DNA from: Bacteroidota bacterium
GTDB taxonomy: Bacteria > Bacteroidota > Bacteroidia > 2-12-FULL-35-15
Assembly (NCBI GenBank): GCA_947449315.1
Contig: CANFRC010000010.1
Coordinates: 67,154-131,153, forward strand
Length of the DNA: 64,000 bases
Direction of reading: 5' to 3'
Part shown: in pieces, positions 40,757-51,884 of the stretch
Numbering within the stretch: the stretch's first letter is position 1
How the letters are laid out: each line of letters starts with the position of its first letter
Notes under the pieces: generated by a model
Told to the model about the DNA's origin: nothing
The model's input: the letters and a program-made list of their open reading frames with translations, nothing else
Databases searched by the model: none
Position numbers and translations under genes: made by a program

Positions 40757-41959
40757 TTAATTAATTCGTTTTAAAGCAGCCATATAAAAACCATCAAAAC
40801 CTTCACTAGGCAATACTTTTCTATCTTCAATAAATTCGAAATTTTTATTACTTTCTAAAAACATTTTGACCTGATCTTGATTTTCACTTGGAAGAATGCT
40901 ACACGTTGCATAAACCATAATACCATCCAGCTTAAGCATTTGAGAATAATTAGCAAGGATCTCTTGCTGACTCACCCTGATTTTATTTAAAAAATCTAGA
41001 TTCAATTTCCATTTAGCATCTGGTGTTCTTCTGATTACACCCAATCCGGAACATGGGACATCTAAAAGCAACCTGTCAGCTGTATTTTTAAATTGATTTA
41101 TGGTTGTTGCATGTATCGTTTGAGTTTCAATGATACTGACTCCAGCACGAGCAGCTCGCTTTTTAAGTTCCTGCAATTTCCTTTCTTCCACATCCATTGA
41201 AATAATTCTACCCTTATTTTTCATCATTGCTGCAACATGCAGCGATTTTCCTCCCGCTCCGGCACAAGCGTCAATGATTGTTAAACCTTCCTTTAATTTC
41301 ATAAAAGGAGCTATCAATTGAGAGGACGCATCTTGAATCTCAAAAAAACCTTGTTTATATTCATTGGTTTGCTGAAGATTTTGACGCTTCAACAAAAGCA
41401 AAGCATCATTGTAATCACCAATTGGCAAGGTTTCAATTGCATCATCTTCCAACAATCTGTGAAGTTGTATTTTATTGATCTTAAGAGTATTTACTCTTAA
41501 GACAACTTGAGCTTCTTTATTTAATTCTTGTAACTCCCGCTCCCAAACAGTTTCCCCCAACTCTTCACTTCCTATTTCATCTAACCAATCAGGAATTGAT
41601 TCACGAAACTTCCTCACCTTTTTTGCTTTCGAATAATCCTCAAGTATTTTATTGATATCTAAAGACGCAAATTCTTCCCATGCAGGCAGCTCTATTTCAT
41701 TCATGATGAACCAAACACCAATCAATTTCCAAAATTGAAAATCCGTTTCTGCCTTTTCTATTGCTGCCGATTGTTCTATTAAACGCCACCAACGAACCAT
41801 TCCATAGGTCGTTTCTGCAATAAACCTTCTGTCGCGTGAACCCCAGCGTGAATTTTGCTTCAAAACCTGTTCAACAGCTTTGTCAGCATATACCCCTTCT
41901 ATAAAAATATGCTGAAGTGTATCAATTACAGCTTGAACAAGAGTTCGATGAAGTTTCAT
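40757..41959 (-). CDS. RsmB/NOP family RNA m5C methyltransferase
   Basis: GSRDRR, LRVNTLK, QDASSQ, DACAGAGGKS, DVPCSG, YATCS. Confidence 0.93.
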   Translation of the reverse strand: MKLHRTLVQAVIDTLQHIFIEGVYADKAVEQVLKQNSRWGSRDRRFIAETTYGMVRWWRLIEQSAAIEKAETDFQFWKLIGVWFIMNEIELPAWEEFASLDINKILEDYSKAKKVRKFRESIPDWLDEIGSEELGETVWERELQELNKEAQVVLRVNTLKINKIQLHRLLEDDAIETLPIGDYNDALLLLKRQNLQQTNEYKQGFFEIQDASSQLIAPFMKLKEGLTIIDACAGAGGKSLHVAAMMKNKGRIISMDVEERKLQELKKRAARAGVSIIETQTIHATTINQFKNTADRLLLDVPCSGLGVIRRTPDAKWKLNLDFLNKIRVSQQEILANYSQMLKLDGIMVYATCSILPSENQDQVKMFLESNKNFEFIEDRKVLPSEGFDGFYMAALKRIN

Positions 41960-42057
41960 TACGATTTAATTATATTAACTTTCTAATGTGCAAAAATACG
42001 TATTACTTGTTTTACAAAGCATATAAAAACATCAGTTAAAATCAGTATTTTTGAACT

Positions 42058-42678
42058 ATGAATTTTTCATCGAAATTAATTGAAGACGCAGTCAACGAGT
42101 TCAGTAAATTACCTGGCGTTGGTAAACGAACTGCTCTGCGTTTTGTTTTGCATCTGATGAAGCAAAACCCGGCTGAAGTAAATCAGTTTGGAAATACATT
42201 CATTAAACTTCGATCAGAACTTCGTTATTGCGAAAAATGTCACAATGTTTCTGACAAACCATTGTGTGAAGTTTGTTCAAATCCTCACCGTGATCAGAGT
42301 TTGGTGTGTGTTGTAGAAGACATTAGAGATGTGATGGCTATTGAAAACACCATGCAATACAGAGGTGTTTATCACGTTTTAGGTGGAATCATTTCGCCAA
42401 TGGACGGGATAGGTCCAAGCGATTTGAACATTGAAACATTGGTGGAGAAAGCAAGTCAAGGTGTAATAAAAGAAGTGATAATGGCATTAAGCACAACAAT
42501 GGAAGGTGACACTACGAATTTTTATATCTACAAAAGACTGAAGGAACAAGACCTTACTGTTTCTACGATTGCCAGAGGAGTTTCCATCGGCGATGAATTG
42601 GAATATGCTGATGAGGTGACTTTAGGCCGTTCAATTGTTAACAGAACTCTTTACGAAAACTCATTGACCACCAGATGA
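42058..42678 (+). CDS. recR: Recombination mediator RecR
   Basis: LPGVGKRTA HhH, C4 zinc finger, VVED Toprim, EGDTT; TATTTTTG -7 motif at 42046. Confidence 0.97.
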   Translation: MNFSSKLIEDAVNEFSKLPGVGKRTALRFVLHLMKQNPAEVNQFGNTFIKLRSELRYCEKCHNVSDKPLCEVCSNPHRDQSLVCVVEDIRDVMAIENTMQYRGVYHVLGGIISPMDGIGPSDLNIETLVEKASQGVIKEVIMALSTTMEGDTTNFYIYKRLKEQDLTVSTIARGVSIGDELEYADEVTLGRSIVNRTLYENSLTTR

Positions 42679-44630
42679 AGTTAACTGTAATCATTGTCAA
42701 TTATAACGTTCAACATTTTTTGGAACAATGTCTTCATTCGGTAAGAAAAGCTTCAAAAAATGTTCTGACTGAAATCATTGTTGTCGACAACAACTCTGTG
42801 GATGGTTCCGTTCAGATGGTAAAAACAAAATTCCAGGAGGTACAACTCCTCGAAAATAAAAAGAATACCGGATTTTCATTTGCTAACAATCAGGGCCTGC
42901 GGGTTGCTAAAGGTGAATATGTTTTGCTTTTAAATCCAGACACTGTTGTAGAAGAAGACACCTTCGAAAAAGTAATTTCCTTTATGGATAAGCATCCTGA
43001 GGCAGGCGGACTGGGTGTTAAAATGCTGGATGGCAAAGGGAATTTTCTACCTGAATCAAAACGCGGATTACCTACACCTGCTGTTGCATTTTATAAAATA
43101 TTCGGATTCTCCAGATTATTCCCCCGTTCAAAAACATTTGGACAATACCACTTAGGTTTTTTAGATACAGACAAAACCAACGAAGTAGAAATACTTTCAG
43201 GCGCTTTTATGCTGATGAGAAAATCAGCGCTTGATAAGGTTGGTTTACTAGATGAAACTTTTTTTATGTATGGTGAAGATATTGATCTGTCGTACCGATT
43301 AATTTTAGGCGGCTACAAAAACTACTACTTCCCTGAAACACGTATTATTCACTACAAAGGCGAAAGCACCAAAAAAAGTAGTATCAACTACGTTTTTGTA
43401 TTTTACAAAGCGATGGTAATTTTTGCGCAAAAACATTTTTCGCAGAACAATGCAAAATTATTTTCATTCCTGATCAACATCGCGATATACCTTCGTGCTG
43501 GCGCAGCAATCATTATTCGATTTTTAAAATCAATTGCTCTCCCAACATTTGATTTCGGATTAATGATGGCAGGATTGGTATTAATAAAAGATTATTATGA
43601 AAAAAACATAAAGTTCATTGGTGGCGGCTCCTACTCCAACGCCTTAATCGGAATAGCTTTTCCAGCTTATATTCTCGTATGGATGTTTACCGTTTACTTG
43701 AGTGGTGGTTATGATAAACCTGTTCGTTTATTTAGAATTATGCGAGGAGTATCAGTAGGCACAGGAATTATTCTGATTATCTATTCTCTATTACCGGAAG
43801 AATATCGTTTCTCAAGAGCATTGATCTTATTGGGAATGGGCTGGGTAATGGTGTCGTATTTAATTTCCCGATTCACATTTCATGTGGCTGGATTTAGATC
43901 ATTTAATTTAAATCCTGACAAGAGTAAACGTATTGCCATTATAGGAAATCAGGAAGAGTTTGAACGCGTGAACGGATTATTAAAACAAACCAATATAAAC
44001 ACCAGCTTCTTAGGCTTTATCAGCGCAGATGGCAATGGCAACAACCATTCGGAATATGTTGGGAACATTGATCAGATTGAAGAAGTCATTGAGATCTATA
44101 AGATTAGCGAAGTCATATTTTGTTCTCGCGACATTTCCTCCCAAGGAATCATTGATTATATGCACACCCTTGTTTCAGCAAATGTTGATTTCAAAATTGC
44201 TCCTCCTGAAAGTTTATCCATCATTGGAAGCAACTCTATCGATACTGCTGGTGACCTTTACATGATTGATGTTAATTCTATTGGCAAACCAAAAAACAAA
44301 CGCAACAAACGTTTATTCGATTTCTTGTCAAGTGTGATATGTATCATCTGCTCCCCTATTTTAATTTTATTTCAGGACCAGAAGTTCGGCTTTTTGCAAA
44401 ATTGTTTTTCTGTTTTGTTTGGTTCAAAATCGTGGGTAGGATATGGAAACGACAAGCATGATCATCTTCCAAAAATTAAACCCTCTGTCCTTTCTCCTGC
44501 TGACGCTATTCATAATATGAACATTGCTGCCGATACGCGAAACCGTTTACATTTAGCCTATTCCAAAGATTATAAAATTGAGAACGATCTCCATATTGTT
44601 TGGAAAGCATTAAAAAAATTAGGACAATAA
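42675..44630 (+). CDS. GT2 glycosyltransferase fused to TM region, CoA-binding-like domain and degenerate sugar-transferase domain
   Basis: N-terminal GT2 ([23 protein letters not shown]), 4-5 TM helices, Rossmann-like IAIIG, KRLFD...SWVGY...IKP tail; ATGA overlap with recR. Confidence 0.85.
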   Translation: MKLTVIIVNYNVQHFLEQCLHSVRKASKNVLTEIIVVDNNSVDGSVQMVKTKFQEVQLLENKKNTGFSFANNQGLRVAKGEYVLLLNPDTVVEEDTFEKVISFMDKHPEAGGLGVKMLDGKGNFLPESKRGLPTPAVAFYKIFGFSRLFPRSKTFGQYHLGFLDTDKTNEVEILSGAFMLMRKSALDKVGLLDETFFMYGEDIDLSYRLILGGYKNYYFPETRIIHYKGESTKKSSINYVFVFYKAMVIFAQKHFSQNNAKLFSFLINIAIYLRAGAAIIIRFLKSIALPTFDFGLMMAGLVLIKDYYEKNIKFIGGGSYSNALIGIAFPAYILVWMFTVYLSGGYDKPVRLFRIMRGVSVGTGIILIIYSLLPEEYRFSRALILLGMGWVMVSYLISRFTFHVAGFRSFNLNPDKSKRIAIIGNQEEFERVNGLLKQTNINTSFLGFISADGNGNNHSEYVGNIDQIEEVIEIYKISEVIFCSRDISSQGIIDYMHTLVSANVDFKIAPPESLSIIGSNSIDTAGDLYMIDVNSIGKPKNKRNKRLFDFLSSVICIICSPILILFQDQKFGFLQNCFSVLFGSKSWVGYGNDKHDHLPKIKPSVLSPADAIHNMNIAADTRNRLHLAYSKDYKIENDLHIVWKALKKLGQ

Positions 44631-44642
44631 AATAGATCACTC

Positions 44643-47600
44643 ATGAAGCTCTCTCCTCTCAAAAAATATTTAACACGCTACTTTTCTTTTTTTATTTTAC
44701 TTCCGCTCTCCTATTCACAAACTGTTAATCCCCATCTTTTTAACGCTATGAAATGGCGGATGATCGGACCCTACAGAGGCGGCAGGACTGTTGGTTCATC
44801 GGGCGACTTGCAACATCCGAATGTATTTTACATCGGCGTTAACAATGGTGGTGTATGGAAAACAACTGATTACGGAAGAACATGGAATCCCATCTTTGAT
44901 GATCAACCTACCGGATCTATTGGTGATCTAGCTGTTGCACCATCCAATCCGAATACAATTTATGTAGGAAGCGGTGAGGGTTTGCAACGCCCTGATCTTT
45001 CAGAAGGAAATGGAATGTATAAATCGATTGATGCAGGAAAAACATGGTCGCATCTTGGATTGTCGGAAGGATTGCAAATTGGAGGTTTATCAATCGACCC
45101 GAAAGATGAGAACCGCGTATTTGTTGCTGTGCTAGGTCATCCCTATGGTCCGAACAAGGAAAGAGGTATTTACAGAACCATTGATGGAGGTAAAAATTGG
45201 GAGAAGGTATTATTCGTTGATGAAAATACAGGAGCTGTTCAGGTGACTATTGACCCATCCGATTCAAAAATTATTTATGCCGATCTATGGGCAGGAAGAT
45301 TAGCGCCATGGGAAAATGGACGATGGTCAGGTACAGGAAGCGGTTTGTTTAAATCAATAGATGGAGGAACAACATGGAAACAATTAAAAAACGGCTTACC
45401 AGGAAAACAGGATGGCTTAACTCGCATCGGATTTTGCATTGCGCCTTCTGATCACAATCGCTTATATGCCCTTGCTTCCGCAAATGAAAAAAAAGGCGGA
45501 TTGTACCGGACCGATGATGGCGGAGAATCATGGATAATGATAAATAGTGACATCCGTTTGTGGGACAGAGGAGATGATTTTGCTGAATTGAAAGTAGATC
45601 CCAAAAATAAAGATATGGTCTATGATGCCAATGTGGTAGTATGGAAATCGCTTGATGGAGGAAAAACATTTTATGGTTTTAAGGGAGCGCCAGGAGGCGA
45701 TGACTACCACCGTATTTGGATCAATCCGAATAATACAGATATTATATTATTGTCGAGCGACCAAGGCGCTGCAATAACTGTAAATGGTGGAGAAACATGG
45801 AGCTCCTGGTACAATCAGCCGACAGCTCAATTGTATCATGTAAGTGCCGACAACGCTTTTCCGTATAATGTTTATAGCGGACAGCAAGAAAGCGGGTCTG
45901 TTGGCATTTCGTCCCGAGGAAATGATGGCGCTATTTCTTTCCGCGATTGGCATCCCGTAGGTGCAGAAGAATATGGTTATGTTGTGGCCGATCCATTAGA
46001 TCCGAACATTATTTTTGGAGGTAAAATTTCTAAATACGATAAACGAACAGGGCAAACTCAAGATATTTCTCCGGATGTTTTGCATGCTAATAAGTATAGA
46101 TTTATTCGTACCGCACCCATATTGTTTTCACCCATCGATAAAAAAACATTGTTTTTTGCTGGCAATGTTTTATTCAAAACATGTGATGCAGGAAATTCAT
46201 GGCAAGTGGTTAGTCCCGATCTTACCCGCACAAAATATGATGTTGCGGAGTGTATTGGCATTTACAAAACAGAATCAATGAAGTCGATGCCACAACGTGG
46301 AGTTATTTATACCATTGCATTATCTCCTTTGGATAGCAATTTAATTTGGGTCGGCACAGATGACGGATGGATTCAAGTAACCAAAGATGGAGGAAAGAAT
46401 TGGAAAAATGTAACACCACCAGCTGTAAATTCTTGGAGCAAAATCTCATTGATGGAAGCAAGTCATACAGATACAAATGAAGCGTATGCTGCAGTGAACA
46501 GAATTCGTTTGGACGATCAGAAACCTCATATTTATAGGACAAAAGACGGTGGAAAAACATGGACCGAAATAGTAACAGGATTACCAAATGATCCAATTAA
46601 TGTTGTAAAAGAAGACCCCTACCAAAAAGGATTATTGTTTGCCGGATCTGAAACGGCTGTTTATGTTTCTTTTGATGATGGTGATAATTGGCAGACCCTA
46701 CGATTAAATATGCCGGCAACTTCCATCCGAGACTTGATCATAAAAGAGGATGACATTGTTGTAGCAACCCATGGCCGCTCGTTCTGGATCCTAGATGATA
46801 TCACTCCATTGCGACAAATTAACTCGGGTACAGTTCAAGATGTTATTTTATATAAACCAGAAACAAGTTACCGTGTGCGTTGGAATCTAAATACAGATAC
46901 GCCACTTCCACAAGAAGAGCCTGCTGGGAAAAACCCTCCTGACGGAATAATCATCAATTATTATTTGAAAGAAAAATCAAATTCAGAAGTTACATTGGAC
47001 ATCAGAGATGCAAGAGGAATGACTGTTCGCCATTTCAGTTCAAAAGATACAATGTATACAATTCCAGATGTGAATATCCCATTATATTGGATACGACCAC
47101 AACAACTCATTTCATCTGAAGCTGGCTCACATCGTTTTGTATGGGACATGCATTACAAACCCCTGAATCTACCACCAGCGTATCCCATTGCTGCTATTTA
47201 TGGCGATACGCCTCCGAATCCGACTTCCCCTTGGTTGATGCCCGGAACGTATACTGTTCTTCTAACTGTAAACAATGGCACTTCTGGAAAGCAAGGAAAT
47301 GTGTATTCACAACCTCTTGAAATAAAAATGGACCCGAGGGTAAAAACAAGCCTAGCTGATCTTCAACAGCAGCACGATCTTTCTGTCTTGGTTTATTTAG
47401 ATAATGAAAAAACGCTGGATATTATTCAACAATTACAGTCATTGAAAGAACAAATTAAAAATTTGAAAAGCTCCTCTAAAAATAAATTTTCTTCCATCAC
47501 GGATTTGAATCATCAAATCAATGAGTTTGCAAAATTTCAAAATTCACTTTCCGGATCTTTGAATGCTCTTTTAAATAATTTGCAAGGTGCTGATGTAAAA

Positions 47601-47750
47601 CCAACAATTCAGGCTGTCACAGCTGCTACCAAAGCACACGAAAATTTTGAAACAAGCTTAAAAAAATGGGAGGAATTGAAACTCAAGCTGACGTTATTTA
47701 ATAAAGGATTGGAAAAAGGAAACACATTAGTTTTTAAAACGGGAGAATAA
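44643..47750 (+). CDS. VPS10/sortilin-like BNR-repeat beta-propeller protein (putative glycosyl hydrolase)
   Basis: Signal peptide, WRMIGPYRGGR, many S/T-x-D-G-G-x-T/S-W BNR repeats, ATHGRSFWILDD, FlgD-like domain, coiled-coil tail. Confidence 0.85.
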   Translation: MKLSPLKKYLTRYFSFFILLPLSYSQTVNPHLFNAMKWRMIGPYRGGRTVGSSGDLQHPNVFYIGVNNGGVWKTTDYGRTWNPIFDDQPTGSIGDLAVAPSNPNTIYVGSGEGLQRPDLSEGNGMYKSIDAGKTWSHLGLSEGLQIGGLSIDPKDENRVFVAVLGHPYGPNKERGIYRTIDGGKNWEKVLFVDENTGAVQVTIDPSDSKIIYADLWAGRLAPWENGRWSGTGSGLFKSIDGGTTWKQLKNGLPGKQDGLTRIGFCIAPSDHNRLYALASANEKKGGLYRTDDGGESWIMINSDIRLWDRGDDFAELKVDPKNKDMVYDANVVVWKSLDGGKTFYGFKGAPGGDDYHRIWINPNNTDIILLSSDQGAAITVNGGETWSSWYNQPTAQLYHVSADNAFPYNVYSGQQESGSVGISSRGNDGAISFRDWHPVGAEEYGYVVADPLDPNIIFGGKISKYDKRTGQTQDISPDVLHANKYRFIRTAPILFSPIDKKTLFFAGNVLFKTCDAGNSWQVVSPDLTRTKYDVAECIGIYKTESMKSMPQRGVIYTIALSPLDSNLIWVGTDDGWIQVTKDGGKNWKNVTPPAVNSWSKISLMEASHTDTNEAYAAVNRIRLDDQKPHIYRTKDGGKTWTEIVTGLPNDPINVVKEDPYQKGLLFAGSETAVYVSFDDGDNWQTLRLNMPATSIRDLIIKEDDIVVATHGRSFWILDDITPLRQINSGTVQDVILYKPETSYRVRWNLNTDTPLPQEEPAGKNPPDGIIINYYLKEKSNSEVTLDIRDARGMTVRHFSSKDTMYTIPDVNIPLYWIRPQQLISSEAGSHRFVWDMHYKPLNLPPAYPIAAIYGDTPPNPTSPWLMPGTYTVLLTVNNGTSGKQGNVYSQPLEIKMDPRVKTSLADLQQQHDLSVLVYLDNEKTLDIIQQLQSLKEQIKNLKSSSKNKFSSITDLNHQINEFAKFQNSLSGSLNALLNNLQGADVKPTIQAVTAATKAHENFETSLKKWEELKLKLTLFNKGLEKGNTLVFKTGE

Positions 47751-47751
47751 A

Positions 47752-48264
47752 TTATTTTTTTGCAGACCTTGCTCTCAATAAAATATCAAACAACTGGGCT
47801 GTAGCAACTGCATCCCCCTCTGCTCTGTGTCGCGCATTATTGGGGATACCTAAAGATTCGCAGAGTTTACCAAAGCTATAGGATTTTTTTCCAGGAATCA
47901 ATTTTCGGCTCATTTGAACCGTACATAATTTTTCTCGCTCATACTGAAAACCTAAAGAAGCGAATTCTCCTTTTATAAAATTATAATCGAAACTAACGTT
48001 GTGCGCTACAAATGTTTTGTTTTCTGTCAACTCATGAATTTTTTTTGCCACCTGATGGAATTTGGGAGCATCTTTTACCATTTCATTCGTGATACCTGTA
48101 ATATTCGTATAAAGGGGAGCAATGTAACATTCGGGATTGATCAACGTACTGAATTTTTCTACCACCGTTAAACCATCGTGAATCAAAATACATATTTCAG
48201 TAATTCGACCTTGAGGAAAATTAAATTTACCTCCACATGTTTCTATGTCAATAATTGCAAACAT
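47752..48264 (-). CDS. DEDDh 3'-5' exonuclease (DnaQ-like), stand-alone
   Basis: IDIET, VAHNVSFD, HRAEGDA; minus-strand TATCTTTG -7 motif at 48270-48277. Confidence 0.9.
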   Translation of the reverse strand: MFAIIDIETCGGKFNFPQGRITEICILIHDGLTVVEKFSTLINPECYIAPLYTNITGITNEMVKDAPKFHQVAKKIHELTENKTFVAHNVSFDYNFIKGEFASLGFQYEREKLCTVQMSRKLIPGKKSYSFGKLCESLGIPNNARHRAEGDAVATAQLFDILLRARSAKK

Positions 48265-48473
48265 TTAAACAAAGATAAAAATTATGTCTTTCAATAATGT
48301 TTTACTTGAAACGAACGTCCTGCCCATTTTCCATGTGAGGGTCGGAAATAATTATTTTATATTTTTTAGACAATAACCTGCTTGAAAGACGGTATAAAGG
48401 GCTTTTTTTGTTTATTGGGGTCGAAAAAACGTAAATATTTTTGTAGAATTGCGTTCTGATTCTAAAAAAAAAC

Positions 48474-48481
48474 TATATTTG
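48474..48481 (+). promoter_or_regulatory. -7 promoter element (TATATTTG) of rplS
   Basis: TAnnTTTG 50 nt upstream of the rplS ATG. Confidence 0.65.
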
Positions 48482-48531
48482 CAGTCCTTTTTGGAGGAAG
48501 AACTGTTTAATACATTATAAAACAAAGAGTT

Positions 48532-48882
48532 ATGAGCACATTATTAAAATTCGTTGAAGAGACATTGGGAGTAAAGACAAGTCACCCTAAATTTAAAGCG
48601 GGAGACACTGTTACTGTACACTATAAAATTAAAGAAGGTGAAAAAGAACGCGTTCAGCAATACCAAGGTGTTGTAATTCAACGCAAAGGTTCAGGAAATA
48701 CAGAATCGTTTACCGTTCGTAAAATGAGTAACTCTGTAGGTGTTGAGCGTATCTTCCCTGTTGCTTCACCGTTTATCGATAAAGTAGAAATTAACAAAGT
48801 AGGTGTTGTACGTAGAGCTCGTTTATTCTACTTACGCGAATTGACTGGAAAAGCAGCTCGTATCGCTGAAAAGAAACAATAA
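48532..48882 (+). CDS. rplS: 50S ribosomal protein L19
   Basis: The + strand reads ATG AGC ACA TTA TTA AAA at 48532, so the track's '-' label is wrong; [34 protein letters not shown]. Confidence 0.98.
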   Translation: MSTLLKFVEETLGVKTSHPKFKAGDTVTVHYKIKEGEKERVQQYQGVVIQRKGSGNTESFTVRKMSNSVGVERIFPVASPFIDKVEINKVGVVRRARLFYLRELTGKAARIAEKKQ

Positions 48883-48899
48883 TTGGTTTAAATTATTTA

Positions 48900-48936
48900 T
48901 AAAAACCCTTTCCGCTTTCGTGGACGGGGTTTTTTA
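48900..48936 (+). terminator. Intrinsic terminator after rplS
   Basis: AAAAACCC..CCGC-tttc-GTGG..GGGGTTTTTT imperfect hairpin with U-tail. Confidence 0.7.
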
Positions 48937-48985
48937 TTTGCACCTGATCCCTAGCCTTTATTAATAAAGGGGAGATTCATAGAAT

Positions 48986-50575
48986 ATGACAATAAAAGAA
49001 GAAATAGAAAGACGCAGAACATTTGGGATCATCGCCCATCCTGATGCCGGTAAAACAACTCTTACAGAGAAATTACTGTTGTTTGGCGGCGCTATTCAAA
49101 CTGCAGGTGCCGTAAAATCGAATAAGATAAAAAAGCATACCACTTCCGATTTCATGGAAATTGAGCGCCAGCGCGGGATCTCTGTTGCGACTTCCGTTAT
49201 GGGTTTTGAATACAAAGGCGTAAAGATCAATTTGCTGGATACCCCCGGCCACGAAGACTTTGCAGAAGATACGTATAGAACCCTTACAGCAGTTGACAGT
49301 GTGGTCATGCTGATTGACTGTGCAAAAGGTGTGGAGCCTCAAACACGCAAACTTTTAGAAGTTTGTCGCATGCGAAGCACGCCTGTTATCGTATTTATTA
49401 ATAAAATGGATCGTGAAGGGAAAGACCCTTTTGATTTATTAGAAGAAATTGAGAAAGAGTTACGCATCGACCTTCGTCCTTTAAGTTGGCCGATAAGTAT
49501 CGGCAAAACATTTAAAGGTGTTTATAATCTTTATGAAAAAAGCTTAACACTTTTTAACTCCGGTGAAAAGCAAACGGATGAAAATTCAGTTGAAATAAAG
49601 GATCTCAACGATGGCACATTGGATAAATTGATTGGTGAAGACTATGCCAATACGCTAAGAAGTGATGTTGAGTTACTGGAAGCTGGCTATCCTAAGTTTG
49701 AAATAGAAGAATATTCCGAAGCAATGGTTTCACCCGTATTTTTTGGAAGTGCTGTTAATAATTTTGGTGTACGAGAACTATTAGATGCTTTCATTCGAAT
49801 CGCTCCCGCTCCGAAAGGGAGAACAACAGATACCAGAGAAGTGAAGCCGGAAGATAAAAATTTTAGTGGTTTTGTTTTTAAGATACATGCCAATCTTGAC
49901 CCTAAACACCGCGACAGAATTGCCTTTTTAAGAATTGTTTCTGGAAAATTCGAACGCAATAAAAACTATTACCATGTCCGCGAAAACAGAAGCATGAAAT
50001 TTTCGAATCCTACCGCATTTATGGCGCAAGATAAAAGTGTGGTAGATGAAGCCTTTCCAGGTGACATCATTGGTTTGTACGACTCAAGCAATTTCAAGAT
50101 TGGCGATACATTAACAGAGGGCGAAAAAATGAATTACAAAGGCATTCCACAATTCTCGCCTGAGTTATTTAAATATGTAGTAAATGCCGATCCAATGAAA
50201 ACCAAGCAGCTGAACAAAGGCTTGGAGCAATTGACAGATGAAGGTGTGGCACAGTTATTCACGAAAAGGACGGATAATCGCAAGGTATTAGGAACCGTTG
50301 GAGCTTTGCAATTTGAAGTGATCCAACATCGTTTAAAAAGCGAATATTCTGCTTCCTGTAATTTCGAACACATCTCATTATTTAAGGCTTGCTGGATCAG
50401 CTCTAAAGATGCCAAAAAGTTGGAAGGCTTTATTTTTGAGAAAGCACATCACATGGCTACGGATAAAGAAGACCGACCTGTATTTTTAGCCGAATCGCCC
50501 TGGGCATTGCAAATGGCGCAGGAGAAAAATCCAGATATCAAGTTTCATTTCATCTCAGAATTTAAGGACGAATAA
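48986..50575 (+). CDS. prfC: Peptide chain release factor 3
   Basis: RRRTFGIIAHPDAGKTT, DTPGH, NKMD, DPKHRDRIAF, VGALQFEV. Confidence 0.97.
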   Translation: MTIKEEIERRRTFGIIAHPDAGKTTLTEKLLLFGGAIQTAGAVKSNKIKKHTTSDFMEIERQRGISVATSVMGFEYKGVKINLLDTPGHEDFAEDTYRTLTAVDSVVMLIDCAKGVEPQTRKLLEVCRMRSTPVIVFINKMDREGKDPFDLLEEIEKELRIDLRPLSWPISIGKTFKGVYNLYEKSLTLFNSGEKQTDENSVEIKDLNDGTLDKLIGEDYANTLRSDVELLEAGYPKFEIEEYSEAMVSPVFFGSAVNNFGVRELLDAFIRIAPAPKGRTTDTREVKPEDKNFSGFVFKIHANLDPKHRDRIAFLRIVSGKFERNKNYYHVRENRSMKFSNPTAFMAQDKSVVDEAFPGDIIGLYDSSNFKIGDTLTEGEKMNYKGIPQFSPELFKYVVNADPMKTKQLNKGLEQLTDEGVAQLFTKRTDNRKVLGTVGALQFEVIQHRLKSEYSASCNFEHISLFKACWISSKDAKKLEGFIFEKAHHMATDKEDRPVFLAESPWALQMAQEKNPDIKFHFISEFKDE

Positions 50576-50600
50576 TGTTATTATTCCGAATGATAACCAA

Positions 50601-50640
50601 TAAAAAATCCCGCTCCGAAATTTACGGAGCGGGATTTTTA
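50601..50640. terminator. Bidirectional intrinsic terminator
   Basis: TAAAAAATCCCGCTCCG-aaattta-CGGAGCGGGATTTTTA. Confidence 0.9.
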
Positions 50641-50657
50641 TTATTACTTGTTCTAAA

Positions 50658-51734
50658 TTATCTTACGATCAATTTAGTGTTGCTTGAAGCTGTTGCAGTT
50701 TTAACATTAACTGTATAAAAACCTTTTGCAAGATCAGAAGTATTGATGTGAGCGAAATGGAAACCTTGTGCTTGAGCACCATTTGATACTGACGCTACTA
50801 ATTTACCTGTAACATCAAATACGTTGATTGTGACAACTGTTTCTGAAGTCAAGGTGTAATTAATTTGAACATTATCTGTTGCAGGGTTTGGGAATACAGC
50901 AACACCAAGGTCATTGCTATTTTCTTGGATACCTACATTGTTTTTATTTCCACGGATCATTACATCATCCAAAGAAATCAAGTTGTCATCTGTAGAGTTC
51001 GATAAGAAAGCAATAAACACATTTGCATTTGCATACGCATCCAGTGGCAAAGAGAACTGACGTAACTGACCTCTGTGAGAGATCGGAGCTGTTGTGCTAG
51101 CAAAATCAATGTTATTTCCATCTAAACCATGAACAAAACCTGCTGGTCCGCCAGCACCTGTATTTGCAAAAGTAAAGGTAGAGAAAGTTGAATCTGTTCC
51201 TAAAGCAGTCATCTCTTGTGCATTGAACAATACATTAGCGAAAGCAGATGCAGACGTATTATCGGCATTTGTTGACGTAGAAAGCAATACTTGGTAACCA
51301 TCTAAGTAACGAGGAGTTTGGAATGGTGCTGATTTCCAGAATAAGGTATCATGTGTTCCCAATAAGATATTTTTAGTGATCAACCAGTTACTTTCTGGAG
51401 TTGAAGTGTTTGTCCATGTGTTAGCACTGATAACCGTATTTGTATCAGGAGTACCTGGTATACTGTATTGTGTTAAATATTGGTCAACTGTTGAAAAAGG
51501 TTGAACAGCAAACCATCCATCAGGACGAGTACCAGCAGTAGATCCATCAGGAGTACCATCAGAATCCCATGAATACCAGTTCGTATCTGCAGCAACACCT
51601 AGTGGTGCAGAACCATTGATAAGGATATTTGTGTAAAAATTATTTAATTCGAAATCTTCAAAAAGCAACGTATCTTGTGCTTTCATTAAAGTTCCTGTTA
51701 ATAGGAATGCAAGTAAAACGTAAATTTTTTTCAT
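50658..51734 (-). CDS. T9SS-secreted protein with cleaved-adhesin (choice-of-anchor J)-like domain
   Basis: Signal peptide, LFEDFE, NWLIT, LDAYA..NVFIAF, LDDV; CTD VFPNPA...GFYTV...KLIVR. Confidence 0.8.
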   Translation of the reverse strand: MKKIYVLLAFLLTGTLMKAQDTLLFEDFELNNFYTNILINGSAPLGVAADTNWYSWDSDGTPDGSTAGTRPDGWFAVQPFSTVDQYLTQYSIPGTPDTNTVISANTWTNTSTPESNWLITKNILLGTHDTLFWKSAPFQTPRYLDGYQVLLSTSTNADNTSASAFANVLFNAQEMTALGTDSTFSTFTFANTGAGGPAGFVHGLDGNNIDFASTTAPISHRGQLRQFSLPLDAYANANVFIAFLSNSTDDNLISLDDVMIRGNKNNVGIQENSNDLGVAVFPNPATDNVQINYTLTSETVVTINVFDVTGKLVASVSNGAQAQGFHFAHINTSDLAKGFYTVNVKTATASSNTKLIVR

Positions 51735-51884
51735 GTGAGTAGTATTTGTTAAGATGTTTATTTATGAGTCAAAAATAATTATAAAACTTGGAAATAAACA
51801 AACAATTAAAAAGAAAATCAAATTATTAAGTAATTTAATTTTGATTTTTATTTCGTTATTTTTGAACAAAAAAAGATCGCTTTT

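Noticed and set aside
48532..48882. ORF-track label of '-' strand for the L19 ORF
   Set aside because: The protein reads directly from the + strand (ATGAGCACATTATTAAAA at 48532); the promoter and terminator also fit +.
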